A stretch of 64,000 bases of DNA from Mosigvirus mar005p1, in the sequence record OZ035759.1; one strand, 5' to 3'. Within the stretch, counting starts at the first letter, position 1, and every line of letters starts with the position of its first letter. A program made the translations under genes and the position numbers. The notes under the pieces were generated by a model. The model was not told the origin of the DNA. It saw only the letters and a list, made by a program, of their open reading frames with translations, and ran no database searches. Shown here piece after piece: positions 1-10,025 of the stretch.

Positions 1-123
1 TTATCGAATGATTTTGTTTTCTTAACACTAATGCCAAATTGTTCCGCATATTCAAACAGTTTAGCTTTGGCTTCCTTTTTATCAGAAAGAGCACGTAACT
101 CTTCAATATAGTCTTTATCGATC
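1..123 (-). CDS. 5' part of a minus-strand gene (N-terminal 41 codons, MIDKDYIEELRALSDKKEAKAKLFEYAEQFGISVKK...); continues beyond window start; position matches T4 inh/hoc region
   Basis: ATG at 123..121 on minus strand, open frame to window edge; synteny upstream of segD/uvsW. Confidence 0.4.
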
Positions 124-174
124 ATGATATTTCCTCATTATAAATATAACTATATTTATTACATGGAAAAGAGT

Positions 175-906
175 ATGTATCACTTTGTTTATGAGACCGT
201 AAATTTAATTAATGGTAAAAAGTACATTGGCAAACATTCTACAGAAAATTTAAATGATTCGTATCTAGGGTCAGGTGTTGCCTTAAATCGCGCTATCAAA
301 AAATACGGAGAAGAATCATTTAAACGTTCAATAATTAAACAATTTGAAACTTCCGCTGAAGCTTTAGAATACGAAGCTCAGTTAGTAACAGAGGATTTGG
401 TCAAATCTAATGAGTATTATAATATGCGCCAAGGCGGTGAAGGTGGAAGGTATAAGTACACCGAAGCTGATAAGACTAAAATGTCTAATAGTGCTAAAGA
501 ACGAATAAAGAGGCTTGGTCATAATCTTTTAGGAAAACACAGATCGGAAGAAACAAAAAGAAAACTATCTGAAACAAATAAACGTCGATACTCTGAAGAC
601 CCAACATGCCACGGGCGGTATGGTACAGGAAAGCCAAAGATTGATAAAATTAAAGGTCCTAAAAATCCTACAACTCTAAATAAAATTTGTGTTAACAACG
701 GTAAAGAAAACAGATTTATATCAGCCGAGGACCCGATGCCTGAAGGATTTGTAAAAGGAATGGTCCAACTTAATAGAAAATCTAGAAAGGGCTGTGAAGT
801 AAAACCTACGACCACCGGCAGAATATGGGTAAATAACGGGGCTATAAATAAATTAGTAAATCCGTTATCCATCCCAGATGGATATGTTAAAGGCCGTTTA
901 AGGTAA
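175..906 (+). CDS. segD: GIY-YIG homing endonuclease, SegD-like (track ORF 124..906; start at 163 or 175 more likely)
   Basis: N-terminal YHFVYE...KKYIGKHS GIY-YIG-type motif, basic NUMOD-like repeats (GKHRSEETKRKLSE); located between inh-like gene and uvsW as in T4. Confidence 0.6.
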   Translation: MYHFVYETVNLINGKKYIGKHSTENLNDSYLGSGVALNRAIKKYGEESFKRSIIKQFETSAEALEYEAQLVTEDLVKSNEYYNMRQGGEGGRYKYTEADKTKMSNSAKERIKRLGHNLLGKHRSEETKRKLSETNKRRYSEDPTCHGRYGTGKPKIDKIKGPKNPTTLNKICVNNGKENRFISAEDPMPEGFVKGMVQLNRKSRKGCEVKPTTTGRIWVNNGAINKLVNPLSIPDGYVKGRLR

Positions 907-911
907 TTATT

Positions 912-2426
912 ATGACAGATATTAAAGTACATTTTCATGATTTTAGCCATGTAAGAATTGAATGCGACGAAAGCGTGTTCTATGAATTACGCGACTTTTT
1001 TAGCTTTGAAGCCGATGGGTACAAATTCAACCCGCGTTACAAATATGGGAACTGGGATGGTAGAATTCGACTTTTAGATTACAGTCGTTTGTTACCATAT
1101 GGACTTGTAGGACAAATAAAAAAGTTCTGTAACAATATGAGTTATTCTGTATGGATTGACCCTAAAATCTTTGAGACCGAAGACCTTACCAGGGAAGATT
1201 TTGACACATGGCTTTCTAAACAAGAAATTTATTCCGGCAATGCCAAAATCGAACCACATTGGTATCAAAAAGATGCAGTATATGAAGGACTAGTTAATCG
1301 TCGTCGAATTTTAAACCTTCCGACATCAGCAGGTAAATCACTAATCCAAGCACTTTTAGCTCGGTATTATCTAGAGAACTATGAAGGTAAAATTCTCATT
1401 ATCGTCCCTACAACAGCATTGACAACCCAGATGGCTAATGATTTTGTTGATTATCGATTGTTTAGTCATTCGATGATTAAGAAAATTGGCGGTGGTGCCG
1501 ATAAAGCGGACAAATCTAAAAACGACGCTCCAATTATTGTTGGCACATGGCAAACAGTAGTTAAGCAGCCTAAAGAATGGTTCTCTCAGTTCGGTATGAT
1601 GATGAACGATGAATGCCACTTAGCAACAGGCAAAAGTATTTCTTCAATCATTGCAGGATTAAATAATTGCATGTTTAAATTCGGTTTATCCGGCTCATTA
1701 AGAGACGGAAAAGCCAATGTAATGCAGTACGTAGGTATGTTCGGCGAAATCTTCCGTCCTGTTAGCACGTCTAAATTAATGGAAGACGGTCAGGTAACTG
1801 AGCTTAAGATTAATAGTATTTTCCTTCGTTATCCAGACGAATTCGCCACCAAATTAAAAGGTAAAACATACCAAGAAGAAGTTAAAATTATTACCGGACT
1901 AAAACGACGTACAAAGTGGATTGCTCAACTTTCAGTAAAATTGGCTAAGAAAGACGAGAACGCCTTTGTAATGTTTAAACACGTTACACACGGTAAAGAA
2001 ATATTTGAAGCTATTAAAGAGCTTGGATACGAAAAAGTTTATTACGTATCAGGTGAAGTTGATACTGAAACACGTAATGCGCTTAAAGTCATGGCAGAAA
2101 ATGGTAAAGGCATTATTATTGTTGCATCATATGGAGTATTCTCTACTGGTATTTCAGTCAAGAATCTTCATCATGTTATTTTTGCCCATGGTGTTAAATC
2201 AAAAATTATCGTACTTCAAACCGTAGGTCGCGTGCTTCGTAAGCATGGTTCTAAAGCTGTTGCTACAGTTTGGGATCTCATCGACGATGCAGGTGTAAAA
2301 CCTAAATCATTAAATACTAAAAAGAAGTATACTCATCTTAATTACTTGTTAAAACACGGTATTGATCGTATCCAACGTTACGCTGATGAGAAATTTAACT
2401 ATGTAATGAAAACAATTAATTTATAA
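912..2426 (+). CDS. uvsW: UvsW DNA/RNA helicase (SF2)
   Basis: 504 aa; near-identical to recalled T4 UvsW; Walker A PTSAGKS and DECH box. Confidence 0.95.
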   Translation: MTDIKVHFHDFSHVRIECDESVFYELRDFFSFEADGYKFNPRYKYGNWDGRIRLLDYSRLLPYGLVGQIKKFCNNMSYSVWIDPKIFETEDLTREDFDTWLSKQEIYSGNAKIEPHWYQKDAVYEGLVNRRRILNLPTSAGKSLIQALLARYYLENYEGKILIIVPTTALTTQMANDFVDYRLFSHSMIKKIGGGADKADKSKNDAPIIVGTWQTVVKQPKEWFSQFGMMMNDECHLATGKSISSIIAGLNNCMFKFGLSGSLRDGKANVMQYVGMFGEIFRPVSTSKLMEDGQVTELKINSIFLRYPDEFATKLKGKTYQEEVKIITGLKRRTKWIAQLSVKLAKKDENAFVMFKHVTHGKEIFEAIKELGYEKVYYVSGEVDTETRNALKVMAENGKGIIIVASYGVFSTGISVKNLHHVIFAHGVKSKIIVLQTVGRVLRKHGSKAVATVWDLIDDAGVKPKSLNTKKKYTHLNYLLKHGIDRIQRYADEKFNYVMKTINL

Positions 2427-2440
2427 GGGCTTCGGCCCTT
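2425..2440 (+). terminator. GC stem with TTCG tetraloop (AAGGGC TTCG GCCCTT) overlapping uvsW stop; no T-tract, so possibly an RNA stability element rather than a terminator
   Basis: perfect 6-bp stem plus tetraloop seen in sequence. Confidence 0.4.
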
Positions 2441-2451
2441 AGGAGATAAAA

Positions 2452-2685
2452 ATGGTACTTGAATTTAAACAATTTTTATACGAAGCATCTATTGACGAAT
2501 TCATGGGTAAAATTGCTAGTTGTCATACCCTAGAAGGGCTTGAAGAATTGGAAGCTTATTATAAGAAACGTATAAAAGAAACGGAATTAAAAGATACAGA
2601 TGATATTTCTGTCAGGGATGCCTTAGCAGGTAAGCGTGCCGAACTTGAAGGCGACGATGATGAGGATGTGGAAGAAGACTTCTAA
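2452..2685 (+). CDS. uvsW.1: UvsW.1 small acidic protein
   Basis: 77 aa ORF immediately after uvsW with AGGAG RBS; T4 synteny. Confidence 0.8.
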   Translation: MVLEFKQFLYEASIDEFMGKIASCHTLEGLEELEAYYKKRIKETELKDTDDISVRDALAGKRAELEGDDDEDVEEDF

Positions 2686-2696
2686 TTAAAAAAAAA

Positions 2697-2720
2697 GGCC
2701 CGACCTTTTTGGAAGGGCCA
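2697..2720 (-). terminator. putative rho-independent terminator for minus-strand uvsY operon (GGCCC...GGGCC stem, followed by T9 on minus strand)
   Basis: inverted repeat flanked by A9 on plus strand = U-tract on minus transcript. Confidence 0.4.
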
Positions 2721-2745
2721 AAAACCATAGGCAAAAAAGGTAACA

Positions 2746-2913
2746 CTATAGTAAAAGTTGGGTTTCGTTCAATTGCTCTTCTGAACTTTCTGAAACCGGC
2801 AATTGTTGGACATAGTTATAACAAGGACCAGGATGTGCTGGGCCTTTGTCTGTTTCAACAACCAATGCAGAATCGATTGGAGTTTTACAGACAACACAAA
2901 TCTTATCTGACAT
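2746..2913 (-). CDS. uvsY.-2: small Cys-containing protein, 55 aa (MSDKICVVCKTPIDSALVVETDKGPAHPGPCYNY...), uvsY.-2 position
   Basis: ATG at 2913, stop at 2746; below the 60-aa track cutoff; CxxC motif; replaces the implausible plus-strand track ORF 2709..2915. Confidence 0.5.
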   Translation of the reverse strand: MSDKICVVCKTPIDSALVVETDKGPAHPGPCYNYVQQLPVSESSEEQLNETQLLL

Positions 2914-2942
2914 GATTGCCTCCTAAGTTGAAATTACATATC

Positions 2943-2950
2943 TATTTATA
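2943..2950 (-). promoter_or_regulatory. T4 late promoter box TATAAATA (minus strand) upstream of uvsY.-2
   Basis: plus-strand tatttata = TATAAATA on minus strand, about 30 nt upstream of ATG 2913. Confidence 0.45.
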
Positions 2951-3170
2951 CAACTCTCATATGCATATCAATGCCCATATCTTTAGAATAAAAATATTCA
3001 TCAAGATATCCGGCAAATTTTCCTTTAATATAAAGGACATCTTCGCCACAAGGATGGTCTGCCAGGATACGAATATCCTGACGACGTAGACGATACTTTT
3101 CCATTAAGAATTTAATTTCAGTTTCAAATTCTTCATCATTATTAAAGGCATCTTCAATTGAATAACGCAT
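2946..3170 (-). CDS. uvsY.-1: UvsY.-1 hypothetical protein
   Basis: 74 aa ORF; T4 synteny directly downstream of uvsY. Confidence 0.75.
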   Translation of the reverse strand: MRYSIEDAFNNDEEFETEIKFLMEKYRLRRQDIRILADHPCGEDVLYIKGKFAGYLDEYFYSKDMGIDMHMRVV

Positions 3171-3583
3171 TATTGCCCCGCTTCAAATTCTCGCATATCC
3201 TGGATATGTTTAAGTGCAAAACTACGAGATTTAACTGCGTCAAGTGCACCACTACAGAACTCAAGTAAAATTCCCCAGTATTGTAAAGTAGTCTCTATTT
3301 TAAGCACATCTTTATCTGCAGCCAGGACAGTTTTCATTTCAGATTTCTCGTATCGGTCCATACTGAATTCATCACCGTCACCTCGTCCCGAGTAGTAGTC
3401 TAATCTTGCTTTTAGAGCAGTTTTCTTCTGAGTCTCTATACGCAACATTTCTTTACGAATAAATGAGTGCTTACGTAGCCATTTGCTGTATAACTTAACA
3501 TTATTCGCTGTCTCATATTGCAACTTTGTCGTATCAATAGCTAAGTCTGCGTCTAACTCTTCCTGTAAATCTTCCAGCTTCAT
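3170..3583 (-). CDS. uvsY: UvsY recombination mediator protein (track ORF extended to 3664; true start at internal Met MKLEDLQEEL)
   Basis: 137 aa from ATG 3583; near-identical to recalled T4 UvsY. Confidence 0.9.
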   Translation of the reverse strand: MKLEDLQEELDADLAIDTTKLQYETANNVKLYSKWLRKHSFIRKEMLRIETQKKTALKARLDYYSGRGDGDEFSMDRYEKSEMKTVLAADKDVLKIETTLQYWGILLEFCSGALDAVKSRSFALKHIQDMREFEAGQ

Positions 3584-3638
3584 AATTTTCTCTCTTTTAA
3601 CTAATAATCTCCCGGCTGTATCGGAAGGACCTAAAACC

Positions 3639-3663
3639 ATTATACATAGGTTGCCTTGAAGCA
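3639..3663 (-). promoter_or_regulatory. middle promoter: MotA box ATGCTTCA, 12-nt spacer, TATAAT (minus strand) upstream of uvsY
   Basis: plus tgaagca at 3657..3663 and attata at 3639..3644; matches T4 middle promoter architecture. Confidence 0.55.
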
Positions 3664-4062
3664 TTACACTCTATTGCTTGATGCTAACTGAAGTTTGATT
3701 TGTTCGATATCATCAGGGTTATCTACGACCGAAAATCTAATCTCTACTATAACTGTATAGTCATCATATACTGGCGTTACACTTACAGAAAGTTTGTCGA
3801 TGCGTGGCTCATAGTTACGAACAGCTGCCTGGATATTACGCTCAATCGTATCGGCTGTAAGTGGTGTCATGTTCTCGAAAAGTTCATCAACCAAATCGCA
3901 TCCAAATTCAGGATCGAAGGGGCGTGAGCCTTTTCTAGTTGTCACTATGCCAAGAAGACTATTTTTAATAGAACGAAGTCCTACAGAACGAGCAACGTCC
4001 TTGTTCCAATCCATACGCATTTCTGGGTCGATATCTGAATAAAGTTTATTGATATTAGACAT
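3664..4062 (-). CDS. 25: baseplate wedge protein gp25
   Basis: 132 aa; near-identical to recalled T4 gp25. Confidence 0.95.
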   Translation of the reverse strand: MSNINKLYSDIDPEMRMDWNKDVARSVGLRSIKNSLLGIVTTRKGSRPFDPEFGCDLVDELFENMTPLTADTIERNIQAAVRNYEPRIDKLSVSVTPVYDDYTVIVEIRFSVVDNPDDIEQIKLQLASSNRV

Positions 4063-4688
4063 TATAGTAACTCAAAGAATTCTTTGAGGCCTCGTATTGT
4101 GTGAACGTGTGACGCCCCACATTTGGGACATTTAATAGGGGTTGCCAGATAAATTGATGGCGATACCAAAAGATTTTTAATATTGATCATGTCATCTTCT
4201 GTTATAAGGCCGTAAAGGTCGTTTATTTCTGCTTCAGTTAAATCTTCAACAGGGATGGACTCTCCATTGACAAAAACGGCCTCAATACATGAAGCAATCA
4301 TTAATGCGATATTTTTATCGTCAAATAATTTAGGTTGACGGAACTTAATTTTAATACCACTAAACGAATACCAGGGATCGGCCTGTTCATCTAATTGAGT
4401 GTGCAATAAATTCATATAGACTTGAAATGAATGCCCACAGGAACAATTCCAGGTGTGTTCTTGATTCACTTCACCTAATGAATGTGCCCACAGATTTACC
4501 AACAATAGCTCGGCTTCTTGTTTAGTCAAGTTTTTAGCGTTAGAGCAATTAGTGATAATATTGTTCACTGCTGATTCAATAGTACCGGTAGCCCGCGCAC
4601 CTATGAGTCCTAAATATTCTTTTAAAGTAAAGGCTCTACAATTCACTTCTTTATCGCCTAAACGTACGGTAAACGTATATTTGTACAT
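4062..4688 (-). CDS. 26: baseplate hub protein gp26
   Basis: 208 aa; T4 synteny and size. Confidence 0.9.
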   Translation of the reverse strand: MYKYTFTVRLGDKEVNCRAFTLKEYLGLIGARATGTIESAVNNIITNCSNAKNLTKQEAELLLVNLWAHSLGEVNQEHTWNCSCGHSFQVYMNLLHTQLDEQADPWYSFSGIKIKFRQPKLFDDKNIALMIASCIEAVFVNGESIPVEDLTEAEINDLYGLITEDDMINIKNLLVSPSIYLATPIKCPKCGASHVHTIRGLKEFFELL

Positions 4689-4706
4689 GTTAACTCCTTT
4701 ATTGTG

Positions 4707-4718
4707 TATTTATAAATA
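4707..4718. promoter_or_regulatory. overlapping divergent late promoters: TATAAATA on plus (4711..4718) for gene 51 and TATAAATA on minus (4707..4714) for gene 26
   Basis: sequence tatttataaata is the overlap of the two boxes; lies between divergent ATGs at 4688 and 4736. Confidence 0.6.
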
Positions 4719-4735
4719 ATAGAAAAGGAGTAATT

Positions 4736-5488
4736 ATGGCTAATATAATTCGTTGTAAATTACCGGATGGTGTTCATCGTTTTAAGCCGTTCACTGTGGC
4801 GGATTATAGAGACTTTTTACTAGTTAGAAATGATATCGAACATCGTTCGCCGCAAGAACAAAAAGAAATAATTGCCGATCTGATTGATGATTATTTTGGC
4901 GAGTACCCTAAAACATGGCAACCATTTATATTCCTGCAAGTTTTTGCAGGCTCTATAGGCAAAACAAAAGTTCCCGTTATTTTCACTTGCCCTAAATGCT
5001 CTAAAGAAAAAACTGCACCATTTGAGATATATCAAAAAGAACTAGTCGAACCTGAACTTGATGTTGCTGGTATAAAAATACGTTTTTCTTTCCCTGAAAA
5101 GTTTTATGACAACAAGGCATTAATGATAAGTGAAAACATAAAAGAAATATATTATAATGACAAATGGTACCCATGGAATGATTTGACTGAAGAGAACCAA
5201 ATCCAAGTAATAGAAGCAATAGACATTGACTCGCTCGAGAAGGTTATTGCTTCTATGAACCCTATTAATTTGACCCTTAGATTAGGCTGTTGTGAACGAC
5301 ATGTTAAAACATATACTGATATCTTAGAGGTTTTTAAATTGTTAGTTAACCCTGATGAGATTTTTACATTCTATCAGATAAACCATTCACTGGTAAAGAG
5401 TCAATACACATTGGATTCTATTATGCAAATGATTCCTGTTGAACGTGGTATTGCTTTAACATTAGTAGAAAAGGACCATAAAAAATGA
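4736..5488 (+). CDS. 51: baseplate hub assembly protein gp51
   Basis: 250 aa; AAGGAG RBS; T4 synteny. Confidence 0.9.
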   Translation: MANIIRCKLPDGVHRFKPFTVADYRDFLLVRNDIEHRSPQEQKEIIADLIDDYFGEYPKTWQPFIFLQVFAGSIGKTKVPVIFTCPKCSKEKTAPFEIYQKELVEPELDVAGIKIRFSFPEKFYDNKALMISENIKEIYYNDKWYPWNDLTEENQIQVIEAIDIDSLEKVIASMNPINLTLRLGCCERHVKTYTDILEVFKLLVNPDEIFTFYQINHSLVKSQYTLDSIMQMIPVERGIALTLVEKDHKK

Positions 5489-6657
5489 AAGTATTCCAAC
5501 GTCCAGGATATCCTAACTTAAGCGTTAAATTATACCAAGATTATTCGGCTTGGCAAGAAAATAGATACGTTGAACTCGCGGCAACAATAACAACTTTAAC
5601 CATGCGAGATTCGCTATATGGAAGAAATGAAGGGATTCTTCAATTTTATGACACTAAAAACATCCACACTAAAATGGACGGTAGACAGATAGTCCAAATC
5701 TCTGTTTCAAATTCAAACACACCTCTCCAAGTTAGAACTCGAATTTACGGATGTAGACATTATTCTGTGTCTGTGGACTCAAAAGGTGACAATATTATTG
5801 CAATTGAGCTTGGAACAATACATTCTATAGAGAACCTTAAATTTGGCCGACCATTCTTCCCGGACGCAGGCGAATCTATACGTGAAATGTTAGGTGTCAT
5901 ATACAAAGACCGTGCGTTAATTACTCCGCCAATAAACACTATTAATGCTTATGTTCCTGATATCCCTTGGACAAGCACATTTGATGATTATTTGGCATAT
6001 GTCAGAGAATTAGGACTTGCTACAGCGAGTGATAAGTTCGTATTCGTATGGCAAGATATTTTAGGCGTAAACATGATTGACTACGATACTCTTATTGGTC
6101 AGGAAGGCATTAAGATGGTTGTAGGCGAGCCAAATACCGTAGGTCAGTATATTCAAGAGCTTGAGTATCCATTAGTATGGGATTTTACCTGGATGACTAA
6201 AGCCAACCAATTTACAAGAGACCCTATTAAAAACGCCACGATATTCGCCCATTCATTTTTAGATACATCTATTCCGGTTATTGTTACAGGCGATGGTGAT
6301 AATGCTATTGTTGTGTCAAGATCCGGTGGATATTCCGAAATGACCTATCGTAATGGATTTGAAGAAGCAAGTCGTCTTCAGACAATGGCTCAATATGACG
6401 GATATGCTAAATGCACTACTACAGGCAATTTTAACATAACTCCTGCTACTAAAATTATATTTGTTGACCAAAAGAACCAATTCAAATCCGAATTTTACGT
6501 CGATGAAGTTATTCATGAGTTATCAAATAACAACTCACAAACTCATCTGTACATGTTTACCAACTCAATGGTGTTAGAACCTGTTAACCCAGTTAAGGTT
6601 AAAAATGAACTTAAATCTGATTCTACCTCTAAAGAAAATAATTCTACCACAGTCTAA
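5485..6657 (+). CDS. 27: baseplate hub protein gp27
   Basis: 390 aa; T4 synteny and size. Confidence 0.9.
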   Translation: MKVFQRPGYPNLSVKLYQDYSAWQENRYVELAATITTLTMRDSLYGRNEGILQFYDTKNIHTKMDGRQIVQISVSNSNTPLQVRTRIYGCRHYSVSVDSKGDNIIAIELGTIHSIENLKFGRPFFPDAGESIREMLGVIYKDRALITPPINTINAYVPDIPWTSTFDDYLAYVRELGLATASDKFVFVWQDILGVNMIDYDTLIGQEGIKMVVGEPNTVGQYIQELEYPLVWDFTWMTKANQFTRDPIKNATIFAHSFLDTSIPVIVTGDGDNAIVVSRSGGYSEMTYRNGFEEASRLQTMAQYDGYAKCTTTGNFNITPATKIIFVDQKNQFKSEFYVDEVIHELSNNNSQTHLYMFTNSMVLEPVNPVKVKNELKSDSTSKENNSTTV

Positions 6658-7138
6658 TAAAAAGGTAATGATTCCTAAATTAGGGCTCAAACATTATAAT
6701 CTTTTAAAGGACGTTAAAGGTCCTGATGAAAACATGAAAATCTTAGCTGATTCTATTTGTAAAAATATGAGTCCTGCAGATTTTGATTTTGCATGTCTAC
6801 ACATATTGGAATTTAATAACAAACTTAAGTCTGAAGTTGAAAAAGACGGATTCACATATAAACTAGATGACGTCTATGTATGCCAACGAACAGAATTCCA
6901 ATTCCAAGGCAATACCTTTTATTTTAGACCTCCAGGCAAATTTGAACAATTCGCTACAATCAGTGAAATGCTATCAAATTGCTTAATAAAAGTTAATGAC
7001 GAAGAGAAAGAAATTTCTTTCCTTGAGATGCCTGCTTTTGTAATCAAATGGGCAGAAGACCTTTCGACAACTATTGCTATTCCAGGCCCTAATGGCCCTA
7101 TTAAGGGTATAGCAGAAATTATTGGATTGCTTGAATGA
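6605..7138 (+). CDS. 28: baseplate hub distal subunit gp28 (overlaps 3' end of gene 27 in another frame)
   Basis: 177 aa; T4 synteny and size. Confidence 0.85.
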   Translation: MNLNLILPLKKIILPQSNKKVMIPKLGLKHYNLLKDVKGPDENMKILADSICKNMSPADFDFACLHILEFNNKLKSEVEKDGFTYKLDDVYVCQRTEFQFQGNTFYFRPPGKFEQFATISEMLSNCLIKVNDEEKEISFLEMPAFVIKWAEDLSTTIAIPGPNGPIKGIAEIIGLLE

Positions 7139-8907
7139 AACCTGAAGAAATGAAATCCATGCGTAGAAATAAGGTCATTGCCGATAATAAACCACAAAAA
7201 GTAGCTGCAACAGCAGCTACCGATTCATTAGAAGCATTGAATAACATTTCATCAAAACTAGACGATGTCCAAGCCGCGTCTGAACTCACATCACAAAGTG
7301 TAGAAGATAAAGGCAATGGAATTATTGAATCAATTGGAGACTTAAAGAATTCGACAGATAATACTGCTGAAGGCACAGAGCTTATCGCAGAAGTTATTGA
7401 AAAACAAACTGAAGTCACTAAAAGTATAAACGAAGTTTCTAGTGCAATAAGCTCTAAGTTAGACCGATTAGCTACATTATTAGAGCAAAAATTACAAACA
7501 TCTACCGCTATTCAAAATACAGGAAGCACCTCTCTTGAAGTAATTGAGAACGCTATACCTGTTAAAGTGGTTGAGAACGAAACTTCTGATGAGTTGTTTA
7601 AAGCATTACCTACACCTGAAAAGATTGATAATAAGCCAGACGAAGATTTCTTCCCAGTCCCGGTTCAAGAAAGTGCTAATTCTACTTCCGATTCTAAAGG
7701 TGGAATTAACTTTAAATTGAGCGATAAAATTGCAATGCTCACCAAAACAGTTCAAACCGGGTTTAATAAATCAATATCAATTTCAGACAGAATTGCTGGA
7801 ATGCTTTTCAAATACACTATAACGGCTGCTATTGAAGCAGCAAAAATGGCCGCACTTATTCTTGGTATTGTTATCGGTATTGATTTATTGATAGTCCATT
7901 TCAAATATTGGACAGACAAGTTCACTTCTGCCTGGGATTTATTTGATGAAAACTTTACTAAATTCTCCGATGAAGCTAAAGAGTGGGGTAAATTCTTAAG
8001 TGATATATTCACTTCTATTGACTCGATAAAACAAATGTGGGAAGCTGGAGACTGGGGTGGTTTAACCGTTGCTATCGTCAAAGGTGTAGGAACAGCATTA
8101 ATGAACTTAGGTGAACTAATTCAATTAGGAATGGCTAAACTCTCTGCGTCTATATTGCGTGCTATAGGTTTTGGCGATACCGCGGACGAAATAGAAGGAC
8201 GTGCTTTGGAAGGATTCCAAGAAACTACTGGGAATAAATTAAAGAAAGAAGACCAAGAGAAAGTCGCTAAATATCAAATGAAGCGTGACGATGGGGAATT
8301 AGGAACCGTTTCTAAAGGTCTTGATATGTTACAACGCGGCAAAACATTCGTTACTAACTGGGTTCGTGGTAATGACAATAAAGAAGAGTTTAGTACAAGC
8401 GATGAGCGTGCTGCGGAATCAGCAAAATTAAAAGAGTTACCTGAAGAGGAGCGTAAAGAGGCGTATATAAAAGCTAATGAAACTCGTGCGGCACTGGTTA
8501 GATTTGAGGATTATATCGATAAAATCGATATGACTAATCCGGAAAATGCTAAAAACGTCGAGAAGTCTTATGCTGATTTAAGTAAACTTATTAAAGACCC
8601 TGAACTTAATAAAACTCCTGTTGTTAAAAAGGAATTAGATGCTAGATTTGAAAAGCTAAATAATAAAATGGCTGAAGCCAAAAAGGCTCAGACAACAGTT
8701 AAGCCTGAATCTTCGTCTAAATCTCCGGAAGCAAAACAAGTTCAGTCAATAGAGAAAGGACGTGCTTCTGAATCTAAACAACAGCAACCGGTAGCGGCGA
8801 TTAGTAACACAAATAATGTCGTCAAAAAGAATACCGTAGTCCAGAATATGACCCCTGTAACAAGTACAACGGCTCCTGGAATTTTCCATGCCACCGGTGT
8901 TAATTAA
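7135..8907 (+). CDS. 29: baseplate hub / tail length determinant gp29
   Basis: 590 aa; T4 synteny and size. Confidence 0.9.
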   Translation: MKPEEMKSMRRNKVIADNKPQKVAATAATDSLEALNNISSKLDDVQAASELTSQSVEDKGNGIIESIGDLKNSTDNTAEGTELIAEVIEKQTEVTKSINEVSSAISSKLDRLATLLEQKLQTSTAIQNTGSTSLEVIENAIPVKVVENETSDELFKALPTPEKIDNKPDEDFFPVPVQESANSTSDSKGGINFKLSDKIAMLTKTVQTGFNKSISISDRIAGMLFKYTITAAIEAAKMAALILGIVIGIDLLIVHFKYWTDKFTSAWDLFDENFTKFSDEAKEWGKFLSDIFTSIDSIKQMWEAGDWGGLTVAIVKGVGTALMNLGELIQLGMAKLSASILRAIGFGDTADEIEGRALEGFQETTGNKLKKEDQEKVAKYQMKRDDGELGTVSKGLDMLQRGKTFVTNWVRGNDNKEEFSTSDERAAESAKLKELPEEERKEAYIKANETRAALVRFEDYIDKIDMTNPENAKNVEKSYADLSKLIKDPELNKTPVVKKELDARFEKLNNKMAEAKKAQTTVKPESSSKSPEAKQVQSIEKGRASESKQQQPVAAISNTNNVVKKNTVVQNMTPVTSTTAPGIFHATGVN

Positions 8908-8915
8908 GGATTATT

Positions 8916-10025
8916 ATGATTAGTGTAAAAGAAATAGTAGTAGATGCAAAGGATTTAAATAAAGCAATCCCGGTCTCAGAAAGTGCTGGGCAAAGCACTA
9001 AAACCGAAACAACTACTAAAACTTATGTTGCTCAATTTCCTACAGGAAGAGCAGCCGGAAATGACTCCACAGGAGACTTCCAGGTAACAGACCTTTATAA
9101 GAACGGATTATTATTTACCGCGTACAATATGTCTGCACGCGATTCAGGATCCCTCAGGAATTTACGTCCGGCATACGCCGGGACTTCATCTAATGGTATC
9201 ATATCGGATTTAACTGATAATGTGAAAGATGCGGTGACTAAATTCTCAAATGGATTGCTTCCTGCCGGAGCTAATAAGTCTACTATAAATAAAACTCCTG
9301 TTGCTAATATCCTTTTGCCACGTTCCAAATCTGACGTTGATACAACTTCACATCGTTTTAATGATATCGGTGATAGTCTTATTACTAAAGGTGGAGGTAC
9401 TGCTACAGGTGTTTTAAGTAACATTGCTTCTACTGCAGTCTTTGGTGCATTAGATTCTATTACTCAAGGGCTTATGGCTGATAACAACGAACAGATTTAT
9501 ACGACTTCTCGTAGTATGTATGGCGGTGCTGAGAACCGTACTAAAGTCTTTACATGGGATTTAACTCCACGTTCGACTGAAGACCTTATGGCTATTATAA
9601 ACATTTACCAGTATTTTAACTATTTCTCTTATGGTGAGACTGGTAAATCACAGTATGCCCAAGAGATTAAAAGTTATTTAGACGAATGGTACCGTTCAAC
9701 GTTTATTGAGCCTATGACGCCAGATGATGCAGTAAAAAATAAGACATTGTTTGAAAAGATTACTGCGTCATTAACAAACGTATTAGTTGTAAGCAACCCT
9801 ACAATTTGGATGGTTAAAAACTTTGGTTATACATCTAAATTTGATGGATTAACTGACGTATTTGGCCCATGTCAAATTCAAAGCGTACGTTTTGATAAAA
9901 CTCCAAATGGACAATTTAATGGTCTCGCTGTTGCTCCTAACTTACCATCAACATTTACGTTAGAGATAACAATGCGAGAAATTATTACATTAAACCGTTC
10001 TTCACTTTATGCGGGGACTTTCTAA
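8916..10025 (+). CDS. 48: baseplate-tail tube junction protein gp48
   Basis: 369 aa; T4 synteny. Confidence 0.9.
   Translation: MISVKEIVVDAKDLNKAIPVSESAGQSTKTETTTKTYVAQFPTGRAAGNDSTGDFQVTDLYKNGLLFTAYNMSARDSGSLRNLRPAYAGTSSNGIISDLTDNVKDAVTKFSNGLLPAGANKSTINKTPVANILLPRSKSDVDTTSHRFNDIGDSLITKGGGTATGVLSNIASTAVFGALDSITQGLMADNNEQIYTTSRSMYGGAENRTKVFTWDLTPRSTEDLMAIINIYQYFNYFSYGETGKSQYAQEIKSYLDEWYRSTFIEPMTPDDAVKNKTLFEKITASLTNVLVVSNPTIWMVKNFGYTSKFDGLTDVFGPCQIQSVRFDKTPNGQFNGLAVAPNLPSTFTLEITMREIITLNRSSLYAGTF

Noticed and set aside
519-950. Minus-strand 143-aa track ORF inside the segD-like gene
   Set aside because: Antisense shadow ORF within a motif-supported gene; no RBS or promoter.
1371-1768. Minus-strand track ORFs (82 and 60 aa) inside uvsW
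   Set aside because: Lie entirely within the uvsW coding region on the opposite strand; low-complexity translations.
2709-2915. Plus-strand 68-aa track ORF
   Set aside because: The minus-strand 55-aa ORF with a late promoter and T4-consistent orientation explains this region better.
7752-9424. Antisense track ORFs within genes 29 and 48
   Set aside because: Shadow ORFs opposite long conserved structural genes.
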